From positions 1 through 64,000 of the IMG/VR virus record IMGVR_UViG_3300035670_000112: 64,000 nucleotides of DNA. One strand, 5' to 3'. Positions 59,703 to 64,000 of the stretch are shown here, one piece after another. The stretch's first letter is position 1. The number at the start of each line of letters is the position of its first letter. The notes beneath the pieces are model-generated. The model saw nothing but the letters and a program-made list of their open reading frames with translations, did not search any database and was not told where the DNA came from. This DNA is from a virus. The translations under genes were made by a program, and so were the position numbers.

Positions 59703-61256
59703 TTAAACGTCTCCGAAAATGTTATTGTACATCTGTTCAACTATCTTGTCGTTCCTTCTCATGTTCATCTCCCTCATAGTTGTCTGTGAAGCGAGTCCCA
59801 TGTCTTTCAACACCTGTATTCTCATAGATGTGGCAGCATCCTTGTTGGCCTGATTGTCAGCCATCTCCTGCATGACCACCTGATTGTTTATCTGCTGTGC
59901 CTGATTCAACAGTCCTGTCCTTTCATTCGCAATGCTCTCCTCCACACGTGCAGTCTCCTTTGCCTGTTGTGTGGCAAGCAGTGCCAGTGTACCGAGATCG
60001 AGTCTCCCCTGCTGTGCAGCGGACTGCTGTGCAGTGGCAAATGCATCCCTCACATCACGTTTAGGCATTGTTGCAGTAGGCAGCATCGGAGAGAATCTCG
60101 GATATCTGACCTTATCATAGGATGATGATTCCCTCAATGCACTCAACAGTGGTCCCATACGTGCCGCATATGAACCGAGATCCGACAGGATTCCCATATA
60201 ATCTGGACTGTTCAGTCCATTGGTACGTCTACGGTCGGATGTTCCTCCATCAGGGGATACCGTATATTCGGGTTCCACTGGTGCAGCAGGACGTTGCTCA
60301 GGACTGTTGAGACTCTGCATCGACTGTGCTGAAGGTGTCGCATAATATCTACTGGCATTCAGAAGTGCAGCAGGATCGAACTCCTTTGGAAGTTCCTCAT
60401 CTACAGGTTCATCGATGTAGTTCCCTGACTGCTGTGCATACTGGTCTGCAAGATAATTGGCTATTGCATTTGAATCTATGCCTGCCCTTTTGTAGTCTTC
60501 CACAGACATTCCTGAACCGTCAGGAGTAATGGTAGCCTGCTGCTGATCTCCACCATATTGGTCTGCAAGATACCTTGCTATTCCAACTGTGTTTATCTTG
60601 GCCTTTCTGTAGTCCTCTATCGCCTGCAGTTGTTCAGCAGAGGTCGGAAGTCCCAATGCTGCTGCTGTCTGATCAAGGGTGGGATCGATATAACCCTGTT
60701 GTGCAGGGATCCCCTGCATATCATCCGTTATCTCGGTGGGAAGTCCTCCGTATCTTCTGTCGAACAGCTCCTGTTTCTGAGTTCTCACATCCTCAGGTAT
60801 GGAATCCCATGATGACCTGGGATCATACACTGCAGTGTTGCTGAGTTCAGAATATGTCTCCATCCAGTCATCAGGACGCTTGCCTGTCAATCTGGATACA
60901 TTACTACCGTGGAATGCCTCCCATCTTCCCTTGGAAAGTGGGGAGAAGTCCCCGTTCTCAACACTTGAGAGTACTCCATCCTTGTCAAGAAGGGCAAGTA
61001 CGGCAAGTTTCTGTTCGTCTATGTTAGGACTCCATGCATCTATTCCGTAGGTATCGAGTACCTCCTTACGTGTACTTCCTATGAACTGTCCCATACCGAA
61101 TGCTGTCGAATTGCCTGCACTGGTATTGAACCCTCCTATGTTTATACGTCCATTGAGCTTATCCGCCTCATGTTCCATTATCTTGTAAAGGAACCACTGG
61201 ACGTTCGGATTCTCAAGTTTCTTCTGTAGCAATGCTACGTTGGTGTTGTTAGGCAT
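59703..61256 (-). CDS. Virion cargo protein with N-terminal lambda-lysozyme-like domain
   Basis: FLYKIMEHE...STAFGMGQF...WSP..EQKLAVLALL; Q/A-rich coiled-coil C-terminus. Confidence 0.6.
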   Translation of the reverse strand: MPNNTNVALLQKKLENPNVQWFLYKIMEHEADKLNGRINIGGFNTSAGNSTAFGMGQFIGSTRKEVLDTYGIDAWSPNIDEQKLAVLALLDKDGVLSSVENGDFSPLSKGRWEAFHGSNVSRLTGKRPDDWMETYSELSNTAVYDPRSSWDSIPEDVRTQKQELFDRRYGGLPTEITDDMQGIPAQQGYIDPTLDQTAAALGLPTSAEQLQAIEDYRKAKINTVGIARYLADQYGGDQQQATITPDGSGMSVEDYKRAGIDSNAIANYLADQYAQQSGNYIDEPVDEELPKEFDPAALLNASRYYATPSAQSMQSLNSPEQRPAAPVEPEYTVSPDGGTSDRRRTNGLNSPDYMGILSDLGSYAARMGPLLSALRESSSYDKVRYPRFSPMLPTATMPKRDVRDAFATAQQSAAQQGRLDLGTLALLATQQAKETARVEESIANERTGLLNQAQQINNQVVMQEMADNQANKDAATSMRIQVLKDMGLASQTTMREMNMRRNDKIVEQMYNNIFGDV

Positions 61257-61275
61257 CTCTGAATGTCTTTAGGGA

Positions 61276-63156
61276 TCAGAATCCTGCCATCGGATAGGAT
61301 GACAGACCACGATAGGAATTGTTAGGGTTTTTCACCTGTATATAACCTTCAGGGGATTCGTTCCCGAAAAGAGGTCTCACGACATCCTTCTGAGAGCGTT
61401 GTCCCTCCATAGCAGCCTGAAGCACTTTATTTCTGGCTTCCTCATTCTTGAGTCTATAGTATGCCTTGAGGTCGATTGTACCCTCTGGTAGGAATGATGC
61501 CGAAGAGAGCAATGGATTGCCTGTGACATTTCCCAACATGCTTATGTAAGTGTTAGGGTCAACAGTACTTTTCGCTCTGTATGTGTTGTTGTGTACAGGC
61601 TCCTCGTAACTTCCGTCACCTACATACTGATCATTGCCTGTGATCACTCCTATGTGTCCCCAATAAGGATACGCGTTACCACTCGGAAATTGAACATAGT
61701 CACCAGGAGCTGCCTGATCCGATGGTATCTGTTCAAAAAGTGCCTTTCCCTCGTCACTGGTCATGAAATTCCTTACACCAGTATTGTTGTAATTGCTGTC
61801 AGGTATCCCTCTTACTCCAGCAATGTCCTCAAAACAATTGACTCCTGCAACACAGGTATTGTTCTTTGCATAGGGTACGAACAGGTCATCACCTCCAAGA
61901 CTTACAGGAGTCTGTGCTCTGAGTGTCTTTTCGGTATCCTTTGACATTATGATATTCTCTGGTATCTTCAATTCATTGCCTCCTCCGTTGCCGTATAACT
62001 GTTTTCCCCCTCCGTGTGCATAGTGACCATAAATGTTCTTTGCACCTCCTTTTTTAAACATAGGGATATCCACTCCATCTGTGGTAATGACAGCATCTTC
62101 AGGAAAAGGTCCCATTGTACTAGGGGCATAGGATGAATTGCCGTAAGTGATCGTCCCTTCAGGAGCTGCATAAGGATATTTATCTGAAGAAGTATCGTCA
62201 CTTCCTTGAAGTGCTCCGAAATTACCTCCTCCCATTACCTGCCTCTGTCCTCCTATCTTATCAGTGATGTAACTTTCCCCAAGGTTCTTTGCTATGGTAT
62301 CGTCCATTGCTGACCCTGCTATGACGGCAGAGGAGTCCTTGACCGTCTTGAGTCCTTTTATGAGCTCTATTACGCCTCCTCCCATATATTTGTCTTTGGA
62401 CAGTACACCTCCGTTACCCATGCTCTGAAGGACTTGTCCTCCCATATTGCTTATGACATTCTGAGATTGCATCTGACCGTAACCGAAAGCAGTACCTGTC
62501 ATGGTATCGTCCCCCACTGCACGTTTTGTAGCCTCAGAGGATGAAAGTCCCATATCTGCCATCACTGTCTCACTGAAGGATTTACCAGTAAAGGATGCCA
62601 TGGGGAATCCAAGGAATATGTCACCTATGAGCATCCCTGCCTCCTGTGCCTCTCCTATCTCACGGAGGGATCTTTCAGTAGGGGCATTCCTCATCTCCTG
62701 AACATTCCCCTGAGAGTATCTCATCCTCGGATTGATCTCAGCGGGGTCATTCATGAATGTACCCTTGGCATTCGGTGTACTGTCAGGCATGAACGTACCT
62801 CCAGAGGCATATCTCACACCACCGTTGGCACCCATCTGAGTATTGTACATGTTGCGGAACGGATCGATCCCCTTCTCGTTGACCGATCTTTTCGCATGTT
62901 TGAGGGATTCCTCCCTTGCTATCTGTTCAATGGTGGCAAGAGAGATCGGGTCATCCTCTGTCAGACGACCGTTCCTATCAAGCTGTTTGAATCTCTTTGA
63001 AAGGGTCTCCCCTTCAGGAGAGCCCTTATCAAAGATGTATTCATTGCCGAGCTTTCCTATCTTTATACCGAATTCGCCTCCTTCGAGTTCCGAATTCTCC
63101 GTATAATCGATCCCCCCAAGCTCATGGGGCATACCTTTAAAGGACTTCAATTCCAT
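61276..63156 (-). CDS. Virion cargo protein with repeated xxxGG motifs and C-terminal NlpC/P60/CHAP-like domain
   Basis: GMPHELGGI N-terminus; CVAGV...PGDYVQF...WGHIGV (Cys/His dyad). Confidence 0.6.
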   Translation of the reverse strand: MELKSFKGMPHELGGIDYTENSELEGGEFGIKIGKLGNEYIFDKGSPEGETLSKRFKQLDRNGRLTEDDPISLATIEQIAREESLKHAKRSVNEKGIDPFRNMYNTQMGANGGVRYASGGTFMPDSTPNAKGTFMNDPAEINPRMRYSQGNVQEMRNAPTERSLREIGEAQEAGMLIGDIFLGFPMASFTGKSFSETVMADMGLSSSEATKRAVGDDTMTGTAFGYGQMQSQNVISNMGGQVLQSMGNGGVLSKDKYMGGGVIELIKGLKTVKDSSAVIAGSAMDDTIAKNLGESYITDKIGGQRQVMGGGNFGALQGSDDTSSDKYPYAAPEGTITYGNSSYAPSTMGPFPEDAVITTDGVDIPMFKKGGAKNIYGHYAHGGGKQLYGNGGGNELKIPENIIMSKDTEKTLRAQTPVSLGGDDLFVPYAKNNTCVAGVNCFEDIAGVRGIPDSNYNNTGVRNFMTSDEGKALFEQIPSDQAAPGDYVQFPSGNAYPYWGHIGVITGNDQYVGDGSYEEPVHNNTYRAKSTVDPNTYISMLGNVTGNPLLSSASFLPEGTIDLKAYYRLKNEEARNKVLQAAMEGQRSQKDVVRPLFGNESPEGYIQVKNPNNSYRGLSSYPMAGF

Positions 63157-63162
63157 GATTTA

Positions 63163-63193
63163 CAAATATACTTTATTACAGTTCATTTGTCAA
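63163..63193 (-). promoter_or_regulatory. Promoter TTGACA-N17-TATATTTG
   Basis: TTGACA (63193-63188), 17 nt, TATATTTG (63170-63163), 6 nt before ATG 63156. Confidence 0.72.
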
Positions 63194-63209
63194 GTAGATT
63201 TTTTTAATA

Positions 63210-64000
63210 TTATCTCAGAATCTTTCTAAAAAGATTCATTACATAGTGTAATCTTATCTCTTTATTATTGTTGTTCAGAAACTTGAACTTCTGCTTGACA
63301 TAATGACTTCTTATTCTATCCTTGGTGGATGCCGCATATATTATGGCATGTTTCCATTCTCTCATCAGTCTGCTGAATACCGTACGGTTACCTGTGGTCT
63401 GATAGGTGTTTGCAACCTCGAGTCCGCTGAAAGTCTCTGATGATATCTCGACCCCATTGGTGTCGAATACTTCAGTGAACCATCTGATGTTGTCAAAGAT
63501 CTTGACAATGAACGGATCCTTGTTCACCGTTATGGTGACATGTGATGTTGACGGAGGATCATCATAGAATACCCCCCTGTCACCCGTATCATGCATGTAC
63601 AGTTTTGAAGGTGATGAATTCCTATCAGGACTTATCAATGACCTTCTATCATTGATGTACATGATCGGAGTGTGACTTCTGAATGATACCCATATGTCCT
63701 TGGTATCATCATAGGCAAGTGTATATACCACAGGATCCCTACCTATCCTTTCAAATACCGTTATGAGAAACTCCCCGTTCACACTGTCATAGGTACAGGT
63801 CATGCCTACATATTCGGAACCCAGAAGTACAGGGGAATCGTTATTCTGCAACTGTCCTCTTGTATTGGCGAACAGCCATGAGCCTATCTTACCAGAACTT
63901 ATGTCGGAAAGACCTTCTCCAGTATGCCTGTAGAAAGTAGATGTGTTGGCATCAAAGAAGATGATACCTGTCGGGGATACTGCAAAACTGAACTGATGTC
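63210..64000 (-). CDS. C-terminal part of a tail/muzzle (stabilisation-type) protein; 5' end lies beyond the right edge
   Basis: The frame stays open upstream of the track start to the window edge (HQFSFAVSPTGIIFFDA...); beta-rich; KIFDNI...RIRSHY end is typical of crAss-like tail proteins. Confidence 0.6.
   Translation of the reverse strand, partial: HQFSFAVSPTGIIFFDANTSTFYRHTGEGLSDISSGKIGSWLFANTRGQLQNNDSPVLLGSEYVGMTCTYDSVNGEFLITVFERIGRDPVVYTLAYDDTKDIWVSFRSHTPIMYINDRRSLISPDRNSSPSKLYMHDTGDRGVFYDDPPSTSHVTITVNKDPFIVKIFDNIRWFTEVFDTNGVEISSETFSGLEVANTYQTTGNRTVFSRLMREWKHAIIYAASTKDRIRSHYVKQKFKFLNNNNKEIRLHYVMNLFRKILR

Noticed and set aside
39067-63106. Plus-strand ORFs opposite the large virion genes
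   Set aside because: Shadow frames caused by codon bias of the minus-strand genes.
1-64000. Stop-codon reassignment as in some crAss-like lineages
   Set aside because: Long genes are intact in code 11 and TAA, TAG and TGA all end genes; the two split genes are explained by introns.
1-64000. Integrase, reverse transcriptase or DGR in the window
   Set aside because: No tyrosine/serine recombinase or RT motifs were recognised in any ORF; a divergent one among the hypotheticals cannot be excluded.

Overview
This window is part of a crAss-like (Crassvirales-type) phage genome that probably infects a Bacteroidota host; it reads in standard code 11. Layout: (i) 1-~5050, minus strand: terminase large subunit (runs off the left edge), a putative small terminase, a GroES-like co-chaperonin, a Zn-finger and HU/IHF-like genes, driven by TTGACA-N17/18-TATATTTG promoters. 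(ii) ~5100-7930: a gene-poor region with several structured-RNA candidates and a tRNA-like element with an oversized insert. (iii) 7932-10816: an array of eight one-gene cassettes separated by attC-like palindromic sites, with a second two-site locus at 37569-37940 and no integrase visible in the window. (iv) ~10850-38280, plus strand: small accessory genes, then the replication block (PolA, SF2 helicase, DnaB split by a GIY-YIG-encoding group I intron, AAA ATPase, SSB-like, primase, resolvase), a complete Ubl-E2-JAB-E1 ubiquitin-like operon, an exonuclease, UDG, a MazG-like protein, class II RNR split by an ORF-less group I intron, and a dNMP kinase. (v) 38341-64000, minus strand: virion/ejection genes, including a 1805-aa protein with an AT-rich NADAR+ART-like insert, the 2558-aa virion RNA polymerase (DFDID), a ferritin, putative peptidoglycan-hydrolase cargo proteins and the 3' end of a tail protein. 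The top candidates for novelty are the integron-like gene-cassette system and the phage ubiquitin-like conjugation operon. All family calls come from motif recognition by eye, not database searches.
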